The notes under the pieces were generated by a model that was not told the DNA's origin, ran no database searches, and worked only from the letters and a program-made list of their open reading frames with translations. DNA of 64,000 bases from Stegostoma tigrinum (lineage: Eukaryota), in the NCBI RefSeq assembly GCF_030684315.1, contig NC_081396.1, forward strand, positions 3,224,001-3,288,000. Reading direction: 5' to 3'. The translations under genes and the position numbers were made by a program. Below, piece by piece: positions 11,991-26,296 of this stretch. Within the stretch, counting starts at the first letter, position 1. The number at the start of each line of letters is the position of its first letter.

Positions 11991-13238
11991 ATTTACATCA
12001 ACAGAAACAGACAACGAAGAACATGGTTATGTCCCAAATTATGACACAACTGTTACGTTGTAGGAGGCCATTTGATCTATCACATCTGCAGTGGCTCTGC
12101 ATATGAACATTATAACTGAGTAACACGTATAGAATCATACAGCATGGAAGCAGACACTTTGTCCAACTCATACATGCCGAACACGTTTCCCAAACTAAAC
12201 TAATCCTATTTGCCTGCATTTTGACCATATTTCTCTAAACATTTCCTATTAATGTGCCTGTGGAAATGTATTTAAGTGTTGTCACTGTTCTTAAATCTAC
12301 TACTTCCACTGGCAGTTCATTCCACCCACGAACCACCTTGAACGAAAAAGTTGCCCTCAAGTTCCATCACTTTTAAACCTTAGAAATCTAGCCTTGAACT
12401 CTCCTACCCCAAGGAAAATGCCTTAACGATTTACCTTATCGATGCATCCCTATCATTCTATCAGCCTCTGTAAGGTTACTCACCCACAACCTCCTACACT
12501 CTGCTCAATTCACAATGCTCCTTCCTGGATTGCGACATTCCAATTCACTGACAACTGCCCAACAGTATTTATACTTCAATAGTGAAGTTTAAACAAACAA
12601 CATTACAGTCATTAGCTTGCTGTCACAAGCTATGATTGAACATAGATTCTTAAATTTCACTTTTCACACCTTACTGGATTCTCCCGCCTTTTCTCAATAT
12701 TCTGTGCATCAATGCGATAGAAACAATAGTCCAATGCCTTCATGTATGCAGCAATTGTATATATGCAGTGCGTTCCAGATCCTAACTACATTCTATGTGA
12801 ACAAACGATTGTGTCATCTCACATCTGGTTCTCTTCTAAAATACTTCAAATCTGTACCATCCTATTCAGATCCTTTTCTGACCAGAACCGCTTCTTCCAG
12901 TTGGCTCTGAAAGGACCTCTCATATTTTTGAAATATTGCATCAAACATCCTCTCCAAGGAAATCTGTTCCAACTTCTCTGATCTAACTTCATATCTGAAA
13001 TTTCTTATCCACAAAACCATTATCACAAGCCTCTTCTGCACGGTCAAAATGCATTTACATCTCTGAAGTGCAGTACCAGATCAGGAGACAATACTCCAAC
13101 AAAGACCCATCAACGTCTTATACAATTTCACCATAAACTTGTTCCTGTTATACTTCGTGAAGCTAATGATGAAGCCATGGATACTGTCTGCTTTCTGAAA
13201 AGCTCTCTCCAGCTGTCCAAACACCTGTATTTTTTATT

Positions 13239-13262
13239 ACACACACACACACACACACACAC
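13239..13262. repeat. (CA)n microsatellite
   Basis: Read directly; a (TA)n tract is also present at ~13463-13485. Confidence 0.95.
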
Positions 13263-14284
13263 TCTGGGACTGTGCAGCTTTTAGAACAATACTCATTTTA
13301 GGACATTCTCTCTCTCTCTATAGCCCTTACAACAAAATCTGCCACCACACATTCTCCTTATTAAACTGCATCTACCACGGATCTTCCCACTACACTTTGT
13401 CGGAAGTTTCCATCGTGCACTCATCAGAACAATTCACAACACCATTATAAATGGAGAACTACATATATATATATATATATATATACTGTAGGAGACAAGA
13501 GAATGCTGATTATCTGACAAGAAGCGATCATTTCAACTTTTCATTCAATTGAGCATCATCTGCCAACTGTTAGCTCTCTCCCAGCACATTATCTGTGTCC
13601 TTCCGAAATCCTCCTCTCTTCTGCCCATAGTTTACAATGTTTTCCAGCTTTATTCTGTTCTCATAGTTTGAAATTGTCCGCTGTATACCAGGATCTTGAT
13701 TACTCACAAAAATCTGGATAAGGAAGGATCACAATATTCATCCTTCCTCCAGCACGAAAGATCCCCATAAAACATTACACTGCTTCCCAGTACTCTGCTG
13801 ACGTTGTATCAACTTTATTCTGTGAGCTTTAAATTTCTTTACGGGCATCACTACATGAAAATGATATATCATTGGCCATAATGCCTTTGTTTCATGTCTA
13901 CAGCTAGTTTGTTCCCATTAAACTGCTGAATCAAACACAAATTCAGTCACGTTTAATAGAGTAAAGAAGAAACGTACAAGCAGTGGCAAGTCTACATGCA
14001 TTAACACAAGAGAAACGTGATTAACACACTCACTTTTCTTGTGAGGCAATGAATCAAATGTCTTTTTGATAGTCAACGTTCATCACATCAACAAAATTGC
14101 TGTCATTAGAAAAAAAACTCCAACGACTTGACTACACATGACTTTTACTGAAGAAATCCAACTGGCTCTCCTTAAATGAACACTTTTGTTCATGTGATTA
14201 TTATCTCTGTCCTCAACTATTGTTTTGAGATGTTTCCTGCAGTAAAATTCGGGGTGGGGGTGGGATGGAGGTGGGGGTGATGCA

Positions 14285-14597
14285 ATGGCCTATTGGTATT
14301 TTGGCTGGACTATTAATGCAAAGATCCAGACAATGTTCTGGAGGCCTGAATTCAAATCCTGCTACAACAGATGTGAAACTTGAATGACCTGAAATTATGA
14401 CGCTAATGAAGACCATAAATCTATTGCTGATTGTTTGAAGAAACCATCTGGTGTACTCATGTCCTAATGGCCTCCATGTGACTGCAGGCCAACAGGAATG
14501 TGATTGACTCTTAACTGTCTTCTGGTCAATTAGGAATCAGTGATAAATGCTGCCTAGTCAGTGATAGCCTCAACTCACAAGTGAGTGAAAAAAAAAA
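14285..14597 (+). mobile_element. tRNA-head SINE (second family, DeuSINE/SacSINE-like)
   Basis: B-box-like GAATTCAAATCC, central AAACCATCTGG..., 3' GATAAATGCTGCCTAGTCAG, A-tail; a reverse-strand piece lies at ~8050-8190. Confidence 0.55.
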
Positions 14598-14899
14598 GAC
14601 TGCTCGGTTACTACTGGGCTCATCTTTCCAACTCTTTTTAAACAAGGGCATTATTGCTTGAAATTGTCCAGTACTCTGGAACATGCTCTGCGCCAAGGAA
14701 TGCTGAACAATTCTGGCTAATATCCCTGCAATGTCCACTGTGACTTCTTTCAGTGCCTTAGATGTATCTCATTTGGTCATGGTGCTTCACCAACGAGAAA
14801 TGCCAACAGTATTTCCAAAAGCTCCTCCACATGAATTTCCAACCTTCTCCTGACTTAGTTTTCTTTGGTGGCATTAAGGCTGAAAGAACATACTTTGGT

Positions 14900-15300
14900 A
14901 AGGCCTTTCTTAAGGCTAGTTATGAGGTGAGTTTGCAGGGGATCCAGGGAGAGCAAGGCAATTGGATTCAAAATGCGTTCAATGGTAGGAAGTAGAGAGG
15001 ATGGTTGAAGGTTGTTTCTCAGACTGAAGGCCTGTGACTAGTGGTGTGCCACAGGGGTTGGGTGCTGGGACCTTTGCTATTTGTTATTTACACAAATGAT
15101 CTGGATGTGAATGTACAAGTCATGAGTAATAAGTTTGCCAATGATACAAAATTTGGAGGGGTATCGTTGATAGGAAAAAAGATTACCAATATTATAGAGG
15201 GATATTAATCAGATGGCAAAATGGGCTAAGGATTGGCAAATGCAATTAAATGTATATAAGTGTGAAATGTTACAGTTTGCAAACCAAGGTAAGGCTTAGA
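14900..15300 (+). mobile_element. CR1-like LINE RT fragment
   Basis: AGTGGTGTGCCACAGGG (SGVPQG) and AAGTTTGCCAATGATACAAAA (KFA(D)DTK) remnants. Confidence 0.8.
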
Positions 15301-15559
15301 CAGGATGTCAACCCTCACACGGAAACCACAACTGTTTTCACATTCATCACCGTTTTTTTTCTGCACCTCATGTCGTGAAATGTAAATGGCACAAGTTTTT
15401 CAAGACTTAAGGAGGAGAGAATTTCTCAGCTGAATGAATCCAGTTCACATTTGACAGGAAATATCATTTATTTACCTGTTCCACACACTTTATTGAATGC
15501 ATACAGAGTTGATATCATTCAAAGTAAAATCTAATTATTGGAGCTATTTGTGGAATTGC

Positions 15560-16695
15560 TCGTGTCTTAGCAGGTGAATCCCCTCCTGCAAACAGAACAG
15601 GTGAATGGTTTCTCTCCAGTGAGAACACGCTGATGTGCCAGAAGACTGGAGGAATTAGTGAATCTTTGCCAGAGTTAGAGCAGGTGAATTGTCTCTCTCC
15701 ATTGTGAATTTGCTAGTGTCTCAGCAGACTGGTTAACAGAGTGTCAGAGATAATGGGAACTGCAGATGCTGGAGATTCCAAGATAATAAAATGTGAGGCT
15801 GGATGAACACAGCAGGCCAAGCAGCATCTCAGGAGCACAAACGCTGACGTTTCGGGCCTAGACCCTTCTCTCTGATGAAGGGTCTAGGCCCGAAACGTCA
15901 GCTTTTGTGCTCCTGAGATGCTGCTTGGCCTGCTGTGTTCATCCAGCTTCACATTTTATTATCCTGGTTAACTGAGTGTGTTGCTTTCCACACTTGGAGC
16001 AGGTGAACGGCCACTCCTCAGTGTGAACTCGCTGTTGTTTCACAAGGGTAGATGACATTTCGTACACTTCCCATGATCGGAGCAGGAGCATGGCCACTCC
16101 ACAGTGTGAATCTGGCAGTGTACAGTGAAGTCAGATGATGTACCGAACCTAGTCCCACAGTCATCGCACTTGAAAACCCTCTCATCAGTGCAAATACATT
16201 GTTGGCAAAGCAATTCTGCAGAATATTTGTAACATCTCCCACAGTGTGCGAACTTAAAAAAAAGGTCTTTCATCAGTGTGAATGAGCTGATGGCCAATCA
16301 GATCCCTCGAACATTGAAAACACTTCTTATCATCCTGGAAGGTAAAAGATCCCTCCCAAGTGTGAATCCATCCATGTATCAGCAGACTGCTTGAATCAGC
16401 AAACCCTTTCCCACACACTAGACAGGGAAACGGATTCTTCCCAGTGTGGGCTCACTGGTGAGTCCTCAAGTTAGAAGATCAAATGAATCCCTTTCCACAC
16501 TTGGTGCAAGTGAATGTCCTGCCCCCAGTGTGGACTTGATGGTGTATCAGCAGGTGGGATAACTGAGTGAATCCTTCTCACACTCGGAGTAGGTGAAAGG
16601 CCTCTCTCTGGTGTGAATTCGCCGATGAACTGCCAGTGCAGTTAGGGTCTGAAACCCTTGTCACAGACTTTACATTCCCATAGTTTCTGCCCATT
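15560..16695 (-). pseudogene. Decayed C2H2 zinc-finger array (~10 fingers) interrupted by a mini-PLE
   Basis: Repeated HTGERPFTC/CGKGF units at ~84-bp period, with stops and frameshifts. Confidence 0.88.
15745..15963. mobile_element. ~220-bp fold-back mini-PLE with a 16-bp target-site duplication
   Basis: Two inverted PLE termini; TSD CTGGTTAAC(A/T)GAGTGT at 15729-15744 and 15964-15979; hammerhead core at 15872-15899. Confidence 0.9.
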
Positions 16696-18771
16696 ACCTA
16701 ATGTTGAACCTTTTCAAAATCCAATGACGTTCAGATCATGACAAACCAGGTCGGTCTGACAAATCTTGGCACGATGCTTCCAGGCTGTAGATTCTCCACT
16801 TCTAATACCTGGTCAAACTGCTGTGAAACGGAAATCAGGGAGTGAGAGAGAACTCACAGAAACACCAAGGCAGGTTGCAAAATAGATGGGAATGAATTAT
16901 AATAATTTGTGGAGCTGGCCACAGGAGAAAGTGACCATCTAAGTTGTTGGAAAATCCAAACTGGTTCGTTAACATCCCAAAGGAAGGCAACACATCAGCC
17001 AGGCTGGACCCATATAAGACTCTGCCTTCTATGGGATGAAGGAAAGGTGGAAGGAGGCAGACGGAAGAAGGGAGATACTGGAATGGAGAGAAGTGTAGGG
17101 GGTAAAGGAGAGAGAGACTTCAAATCGTTCAGTTCTCGAGAACTTGATCAGAACTTTGACAGAAACTCCACACCCTTCACTCCCTACTTCCCAGCAGGGC
17201 AAGGATAGTAGAGTTTCATGAACACATAACCTACAAATCACAGAAAACCCAGTGCTGAATGAGCTGAAATTGAAATATTGGGAAGACAGAACCTATTTTC
17301 TTCATAGCCCAATGACAACTACGAATTTTTCTCACCACCTCCACCCCATAATTAGTAAGAATCTACATTTGACTCAGAGTGTTCAGAAAGTATTTCCCCG
17401 TGATGACTATCTGACCACATATCCCCATCATCAATAAGATCGTCAACTTCCACCTTAGCAACATCAGCTGAATCCAGTCTAAGCTCACTGGTTGCTGACA
17501 TTTTCATCCATTCTCTTTTATTTTTATCTTTAGAGTTAATTCTCGTAACTGCTCTGATTCCAGCTGTTGGGGTAATTGGATAATTCAGATTCCAGAATGA
17601 AACTTGGCTTAATAAAGGTTTACTGCCTTCATTAATTGGGGAAAATATTGCACTATACTTGAGACATATTCACAGGAGGCAGCACTTGCTTTCTCCCGGA
17701 AGAGAACATTGAAATTGGAGCAAAACAATCAGTCTTTGCACCAAGAACAAGAGATTAAAAATCTTAAACCTGCAACAAAACAAACTTTTCAACCTACTTC
17801 CCAATATCATCAGTTTACAGAAACTGAAATTCAGGGAAATTGAACCGCTATTTCAAAATCCACTATTTTTACTTGCTTGATTCTCCCCAGTTCCTTTCCT
17901 TGAACTGTCCTTGAATTTTCACAAGCAAATGATCACAACGCGGAAAGCTTAAATTCTCCCAGATTATGCAGATTTCAAACGAAACTTGTCTGTACTGGAA
18001 TTGGAACAAACTAAATATCTGCCCTATGTTACTTCTTTCCAAAATGCTCTCAAATAAAAAAAAACTTCTAAATGAACCACACCAGAACTAGATACATCAA
18101 ATACCTCAAAGATAACACAAAACATCAGGGACAGCTCAAAACTGTAGATGAATGATCAAAAACACTCACCTTTGGAACAACATCAATTTCCAAGTTTGAA
18201 ATCTAACACTGGAGTGTTTGGCTGGAAAGATATCAGAATAAACTGGATGGAGACAGAGATATGTCTCACAATTGAGAAAATACTTAGGCTGTAGGTGATG
18301 TCACCTCATCCTCATTGAAAATCCAAGAGAAGGCATTTTCAAAATCTATCAAAATCAGTCGGGGATAAACAGTTAAAAGAGGCAAACAAGTCTCTTGATT
18401 TGAGTTTACTATGTATAGACCCTCCCTTCCTAAGCCTAAAACTTTACCTTTGTCAGTTCAGAACAGAAATTCACAATTTTTGCCCCCTCCTGTCCTAGGA
18501 CGACCTCGCATATTCCCCGCTGCTCATTGTCTCTCCTTCTAGCCAACAAAATCTCGATTCGAGGATGAAGTCTACTCAGAATCAAGAGTTTCTGTTCTGT
18601 GTCTTCATGGGCCTGAACAGAACCACAGATTATTGATCAATGGGGCAGGATGTCCATATAGGTCATGGGATCCAGACAGGATTTGCCACCTTTTCTTTCC
18701 CTCTGCGTCACCGCTCTGACAAATCAATAAGATATTGGGTGTGAAAGGTTACTACATCTCGACGGATACGT

Positions 18772-18880
18772 TCAGAGATAGCAAGAACTGCAGATGCTGG
18801 AGTCAGAAACAACAGTATGGAGCAGGAGGTGCACAGCAGGCCAGGCAGCATCAGAGGTGCTGGGAAGTTGACGTTTTTCC
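18772..18880 (-). mobile_element. PLE 3' terminal remnant
   Basis: GAACTGCAGATGCTGG...CACAGCAGGCCAGGCAGCATC matches the PLE terminus. Confidence 0.7.
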
Positions 18881-20257
18881 GGCTCGTCGGACAAGTTGTC
18901 TTCATGCTGAACAATGGGCAGCAAGCTCCTCCCAGTCACCAAAAACGTTGACCCCTACAAAGATGGTAGCAGCCCCTGCTGCCCAGTGCCAACGATAAAG
19001 ATGGCATCCCTCAGTGATGGGTTTTGTCTTTGCGTGAAAACCTCCAGTCTCTAATTCGCCTTTGCTACACTCAGGCCGTCTGTCCAATGTCATTTTCTGG
19101 GTTTTGTATCTTAGTTAAGATAATTACGAAATCTTTCAAGCTACCTATCCGAAACATCATCCCTCCCCTTACCTATGACTTTTCCGGAGCCGATTAGAAA
19201 AAAAAACTTCACAGTCATCAGTGCCACTCGTTCTATGCATTCTCTATTGTACATCAACTCTACGCCTGCATACATCGTGCATACGCAGGCATCGTGAAGA
19301 GAAGACTTTCAATCGCGACTGGAATGATGGGTAGTGGAGCTGCCATCAGAAGCAAAAATAAAATTCCTTTTGAAGCTTTCCAAATATGGAATGCAAAATG
19401 AAATGGGATAGCTGACTAATACTAGTATGAAATAAGTTATACTGCCATGCATTAAAGCCGCAGACTGATGCTATGCTATGACATTTAACTTCCTGTTTTC
19501 GAATCACTTGTTACCAAACAGATTTCCATTCACACATCATGTTTGAGTATAGTGTGGGGCGTGGGGCAAACAGTAGAAGAGCACTAAACAAATATGAGGG
19601 GATCAAACTGACAGAGATGGCAGTTCATCCATGGCCAAACAATGCCAGGCAAAAGGGAGACCGATGCAACAATACATGTAGTGAGTGAAAGCACCCACTA
19701 AACATCCGAGCAGAAGTTAAACAAGGCAGAGGGAGTGAGACTTTTTCTGCGATTCCATCCGGAAACGTCAGCTGGCACTTGTGGAAATTTCTTCCTCATG
19801 AAAGTTTCTTTTCATATGAAAGATACTTTTCAAACATGGCAATGGCTGCCGCAGGTTCTTCCTGCCCTGAAGTTCTTTGTTACCAAAATCTCAAAATCCA
19901 GTCCACAAAATGAGAAGTGGCCCGAGTTGTTGATGTACAGAATGAAGAAATTTTTGCAAGTGTTCAGTATTACTCAGCAGACAGAGGAACAGTTCTTTCT
20001 GTAACAGAGATGAATGGGTTATTCAGGCAGATGCTCACATTTATCCATCGCCTTAAAGAGTGTCTGGGAGTGATCCTTAAAAATGAGGATGCCAACATCA
20101 AAACATGAATATTAAACATTAAATCCTGGAACAATGACTGAAATTGGATTACCATATTCTGAAGGGGTTAAACCTGAAATGTGGAAGATGCCAGCAGCAT
20201 AACTGGAGATTGCAAGGAATGAAATGCAACATTGGGATTTTGTAAATCAATTACCGT

Positions 20258-20555
20258 CATAGAACATGGAACATAGAACAACACAACGCAAAACAGGCCC
20301 ATCAACCCTCAATGTTGCGCCGACCTGTGAACTAATCTAAGCCCATCCCCCTACCCTATCCCATCGTCATCCATATGCTTATCCAAGGACTGTTTAAATG
20401 CCCCTAATGTGGCTGAGTTAACTACATTAGCAGGCAGGGGGTTCCACGCCCTTACCAATCTCTGAATAAAGAACCTGCCTCTGACATCTGTCTTAAATCT
20501 ATCACACCTCAATTTGTAGTTCTGCCCTCTCATACAAGCTGACGTCATCATCCTG
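20258..20555 (-). mobile_element. CR1/HER1-like LINE 3' end
   Basis: Close match to 10525-10800 (GRFF.QR.VRAWN.LPANVVNSATLGAFKQSLDKHM). Confidence 0.9.
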
Positions 20556-22499
20556 GGAATTCAGAACGCACAGAAGGTCCAGGTGAATACCACATTTGTC
20601 TCTTTATAAAATAGGATTTGATTGATTGTTTTAGGAAGCCTGAAAACCTCAGTCTTTTTTGTTCAAGCCCTGCCCTGGCAGGCGTTTGAACAATGGTTTG
20701 CAATTTTCCTCACTAAGCCTCATTCATCGAGCAGCACAATTGGGTTCAAATGGATTATTTATCTTTCAGGTCTCGGCTGCCATTCTTGAAAATCAAGACT
20801 TTTGTGCTAAGGTTTCAGCCTCCCTTTCATGCCACGTTTCCAAAGCTGACAACTCCTCACCATTTCTAAAATGTATTTGCTGCGTATCGAAATGGTTTCA
20901 TTGATTTAACTTTCACGACTCCCTGAGGTAGACAAGTCCAGAAATTAATTTCCATTGAAAAAGATGAATTCCTTTGCAGCTCAGTTACAATTTACTGTCT
21001 ATTATTCTGTAACATTATGTCCAAGTCCAAGGTTTGCTCACTGGTGGAAATTTCTTGTCATCGTTTACCCTGCAAAGGCCCCTCAGAATCTTTTATGTTT
21101 CAATAAAGATTCCCCACGTTTTTCCAAAATCTAATGAATGAAGGCCTAACGTGCTTGGCCACCCTTGTCCAGTCAAATCCTTTATCCGACGAACCAACCT
21201 CGTGAAGCTGTTTTAGGAATGCTTTCGAAGTTAAAATACTATTTCTTGAATAATTGAGCCAGAACTGTCGTTAGTCCATAAGGAGAAGCTTCATAAACAC
21301 CTTGTACGGTAATATCAAAATACCCCGATTTTTGAACCCTAACACTTAGAAATTAAGCCCAAAATTCCAATTCGTTTCTTCCTAATTTAGAGCACTATGC
21401 ATTAAAAATCTGCTTGTTTGGCACCTCATGGGATTACAACGCAGACATGATTTGGAGAAATCATCTTGCAGCCAATGTCGTGATTGATATTCCAGTACTT
21501 GATCATGGAGTATGCTGATGCATGAGTAAGTCAACAAGACTTCCATCATTGTCTGATCAATAAGCCGTTAATTTTGCAGGTAACAGCTGATCATGCTCAG
21601 TAATTGTCCTGTCTAAGCTCATATTTATTCAAGATGGAATTCCATTTGCTGCTGTTTTCCTACATCGTCCTGTCATCGAGAGCTTTCACCCACAATAATT
21701 ATCATGGAACCTTTTGAATTATCGACAAGTTAACTAATCAATGCTCTTACATAGCTAAATTATTTTTTAAAATTATAAACAGTAAGAGCTCCAACAGTGA
21801 CTACTTCGGCACTCCATTGGACACAGAGTTCCACTGAGAGAATCACCCGTCAATCATATTCCTGCCATTCAGCTAATTGTAAATCCAATTTGCCGAATTT
21901 CAATTGATCCAATGGGCCCTTACCTTTGCTGCCAGTCTCACACATGGAAACTTATAAAAAGCCTACTTACATCCAGGTGGACAGCGTCCAAAGCAAATCA
22001 CTCATTTTTACACCTGGAAGCCTCCTTAAAAAAAATGAATCAAGTTGTTCCGATGAGGCCTCACTTCGACTCATCTGCCTCAGAAATATGTTAAAGACTT
22101 GATGCAGGATCGTAACAATAGGAGGCCGAATCATTTTATTTTCATTCCAAATAGTCAATTGGACTTGCAGAGTTTCCAAGCATTATCAGTAGCAGACTAC
22201 TGCAAACATGGTTTGGAGACGGGTGTCAATGACACAAATGCCAGCAAGTACAATGAATTAGTAAAGCCTTTTCCACACAGAGGTTGGATTCAATAACATC
22301 AAATCCAAACTCTACAGTGAGTTGGGAACTCATTGGCGTTCATGCAACCTTGATGAACCGGTAAAGCCCCACACACACATTGGGCAGATAGATAGAAGCT
22401 AACCATTAGAGTGGGTTTAATAACGTCAGTACAAACAGCCCGATTACCTTGGTTCATTCCTCAGTGTAAGTAAGAACTTTTTTTTTCCAAACTACGGTT

Positions 22500-23000
22500 C
22501 TTTATGAATTTATTGGTGTGTTAACAGGATGGATGCCTGAGTGAATCCCTTCCCATACAGGCAACAAGTGAACAGTTTCTACCCAGTGTGAACTCGCTGG
22601 TGTTTCAGCAGGTTGGATGACTTAGAGAATCCTTTCCCAAACTGTGAGCAGTTGAATGGTTTCTCCCCAGCATGAATGTGTTGGTGTTCCAGAAGTTTAG
22701 ATGTGTGATTGACTGCTTTCTTATGCTCAGAGCAGATAAAGAGTTTCTCTCTAGTGTGAATGTGTTGCTGTCTCAGCAGGCTGGATGACCAAGCAAAACC
22801 TTTCCCACAAACAGCGCAGTTGAACTTCCTGGTGTTTCTGGAAGTTAGATGACCGATTGAATTCCTTCCCACATTGGCATCAGTTGAACAGCATCTCTCT
22901 AGCATGAACTCGATCCTGTGCCAGCAAGTAGAATGAATTAGTAAAGCCTTTCTCACACCGATGCCAAGTGAACAATTTGTCCGAACTGAGAATAACACTG
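22500..23000 (-). pseudogene. C2H2 zinc-finger array remnant (~6 fingers)
   Basis: CAVCGKGFAWSSSLLRQQHIHTREKLFIC...HAGEKPFNCSQFGKGFSKSSNLLKHQRVHTG*; several Zn ligands lost. Confidence 0.85.
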
Positions 23001-24104
23001 TTTCCTTTCATGTTCATAATTCAAGGATATTCAGGTTAGCATAAATTGGGTGACTCTGTTACGTCTTGATGGGATATCTGGTTTGAATTGCCAAATGAAA
23101 ATCCTGTTCTTCCAATATCATTTGGAATTTGTTTAAAACATGAAAAAGGAGTGTAAGAGAAGGCACAAAAAGGCAATAGCAAGTTAACAAACGGACCTAA
23201 TCGAATCTGGGAATTTATGTGAACCGTCACTGGGAAATAGGTATCATGAAAGTGGCTGGATTGTAACAAAAATCAAACTGGTTCACAACCATTCTTCAAG
23301 GAAGGGAGCATGTCATTTTAGTCTGTCACAAACACAGATTTCTAATAGGGTGATTGAGTAGGGGAGAAGAAGACAGTGAAAATGATTTGCAAGAGACAGA
23401 GAATGAAGGATTTCACATAGTCTATGACTTGAGCAAAATATTCACACCCAATCCAAGCTATCACAAGAATCTGACCTCAATGGGAGAATAAGAGAAATGA
23501 ACAGGCAAGTGGTGAAGGAGAGAGACATGATATAACTTATGCATCCAGAATTTCAACAGAAACTCGCCGTCCCTCAATTCTCACCACCCAGAAGGCTCAG
23601 GGTAGCAGATGTACTGTATGTGAACACCTTTACTACCCAGTCACATAGCATCCTGGTTAACCTGACATTCAGTACTGGGTGAACAAAAGCTTTGTAAAGA
23701 CTGAATCCTTTGTTTTTATTCCCTTTTCCAAAATGCACTCCCTCACCACAGACTCCATCCCTCTCTCTGGCAAATGTCTGAGGCTGAAATGGACTGTTCA
23801 CAACCATGATGTAATATTTCACTGCAAGGTGAAATAGTTGGCTGTTCCCCCAGCTGCAAAAGCCACAAAGTTTGGCTTTTCCTCTTGAAGCTTCTCTGCC
23901 TCTCTGTCTCACTTTCCTCCTTTAAACTAAAATAACGTTCATTGGACAGTGGTGCAGACAGCATGAACTGACTGTGCACCTTAAGAATTCTTCCATTCCG
24001 TATCGACACCACATGAAATGCACCAGTTCAAAAAATAACTCTAACACCAAATTCTCCACATGTAGTTCAGGATTGGGCAAAATACAGCAATCTCTGAGGC
24101 ATCG

Positions 24105-25380
24105 AGCTCTACAGAAAAGTGACAGACCCTTTGATTCAAACTGTCCATACCGACCACATATCCTAAATTAATCTAATCCCATTTGCCAAGGTTTGGCCCA
24201 TACCCCTGTGAACTCTTCTTGTTTATGTACCTGTGTAATTTTACCAGCATTCAAAATGATTGTACCTTAATTCCCTTTCATATCTTTCCCCTCACACCTT
24301 AAAATTATACCCCCTAATTTTGGACTCCCCTACCCTTTGGAAAATATCTCACTTCTTCATCCTATTCATGCTCTTTACAGCTTTATAACCCTCACGTTTA
24401 TCTAGATTAAACGCCATCTGCCAAACATTGGCCTATCTGATCAAGATTCTGTGCACTCTGAGGTATCCTTCCTCGCTGGCACTGCACCAGCAATTTTGGT
24501 GTCGTCTGCAAATTCAAAAACCATACTTGCACATGCAAATCATTTATATAAATGATGAAAAGCAGTGGATCAGCACTAATCCTTATGGCACACCATTGGT
24601 CACAAGCTTCCAGTCTGAAAAAAAATCCCTCAACTACCACGTCTGTCTCGTACCTCACTTCTGTATCCAAATGGCAAGTTCTCTTGTATTGCGTGTGATC
24701 TAACTTTATGAACCAGTCTACCATACAGAGCCTTGTCAAACGCAGTACTGAGGTCCATATAGATCATGTCCACCACTCTGCCGTCATCAATCCTCTTCGT
24801 TAATCAAGTTAGTGAGACACAATTTCCCACGCACAAAGCCATGTTGACTATTCCTAATCGGCCCTTGCCTTTCAAATACATGTTAATCCTGTCCTTCAGG
24901 ATCCACTCAAACAACTTATCAGGCTGAACTATTGTGTCTTCGCTTTTACTTACCACCTTTTTAAAACATTGTCACCACTTTAGCCAACCTCCAGTCTTCC
25001 AACGCCTCATCGGTGGCTATCAATGTCACAACAATCTCAGCAAGGAGTCGAACAATCACTTCCACAGCTTCCCACATAGTTCTAGGATCGACCTGATCAG
25101 CTCCTGGGGATTTAAGCATCGTTACGTATTTTAAGAAGTCCAACATCTCCTCCTATGCAACATGGACATTATTCAAGATGTTGCTGTTTAATTCCCAAGT
25201 TTTCTCTCTTTCATATCCTTTTCCACATTAATTACTTTTGCGAAATGTTTGTTTAGTGTCTCCCCCATCTCTTGCGGTTCCATTCAAAGGCAGACTTGGT
25301 GAACTTTAAGGGGCCCTATTCTCTCCCCAGCTACTGTTTTTTCCTTAATGATTTTGTCCAATCACTTTGGATTCTCCTCA
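24105..25380 (-). mobile_element. Decayed CR1-like LINE (RT region to 3' end)
   Basis: KSPGADQVDPR, PLLFIIYINDL, (F)ADDTK remnants. Confidence 0.8.
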
Positions 25381-25536
25381 GTGAATTTAGGGTTAGTTGA
25401 CATTCTCTTGCAGAGAGACAGCCCAGTTGCAATGTATTGTAGCCATTGCATTACTCAGTATCTCAGTGGAAATGGAGGCCATGAACCAAACACAAAACTT
25501 GTATCCAACCTCATGACACTAATCTCTTACACTATC

Positions 25537-26296
25537 GGAGATAACACGGTGTGGAGCTGGATGAACACAGTAGGCCCAGCATCACCAGAGGAGCAGGAAA
25601 ATTTGATGCTTTGGGTCGGGACCCTTCTTCAGAAATAGGGGAGGGGAAGGGAATGCTGAAATAAATAGGGAGACAGGGAGAGGCGGATAGAAGATGGATA
25701 AAGGAGAAAATAGGGTGAGAGGAGACAGACAGGTCAAAGAGGCAGGGTTAGAGCCAGTGAAGGTGAATGTAGGCGGGAGTTGGGGGGGATAGGTAAGTCC
25801 AAGGAGGATGGACAGATCGGGGGGTGGGATGAGGTTAGTGGGCAGGGGATGGGGGTGGGGCTTGAGCTGGGAGGAATGGTTAGGGAGGCGGGGACTAGCT
25901 GGGCTGGGTTTGGCATGTGGTCGGGGGAGGGGGAGATTTTGAAGCTTGTGAAGTGCACATTGATACCCTTGGGCTGCAGAGTTCCCAAGTGAAATATGAG
26001 ATGCTGTTCCTGCATCTTTCGGGTGGCATCATTGTGGCAATGCAGGAGGCCCAGGATGGATATCTCACACCTGACATCCTCTCACCCTGTCTTCTCCTTT
26101 ATCCATCTTCTATCAGCCTCCCCCGTCTCCCGATTTATTCCATAATCCCCTTCCCCTTCCCCATTTCCGAAGAAAGGTCCCTAACCGAAACGCCAAGCTT
26201 TCCTGCTCCTTAGATGCTGATTGTCCTGCTGTGTTCATCCAGATTCACACTGTGTTATCTCATATTCTCCAGCATTGGCTGTTGCTACTATCTCTC
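25537..26296. mobile_element. Older PLE subfamily insertion, head-to-head 3' ends
   Basis: Minus arm encodes QEQHLIFHLGTLQPKGINV (GIY-YIG C-terminus); plus arm ~26075-26296; degenerate hammerhead cores; possible 14-bp TSD. Confidence 0.8.
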
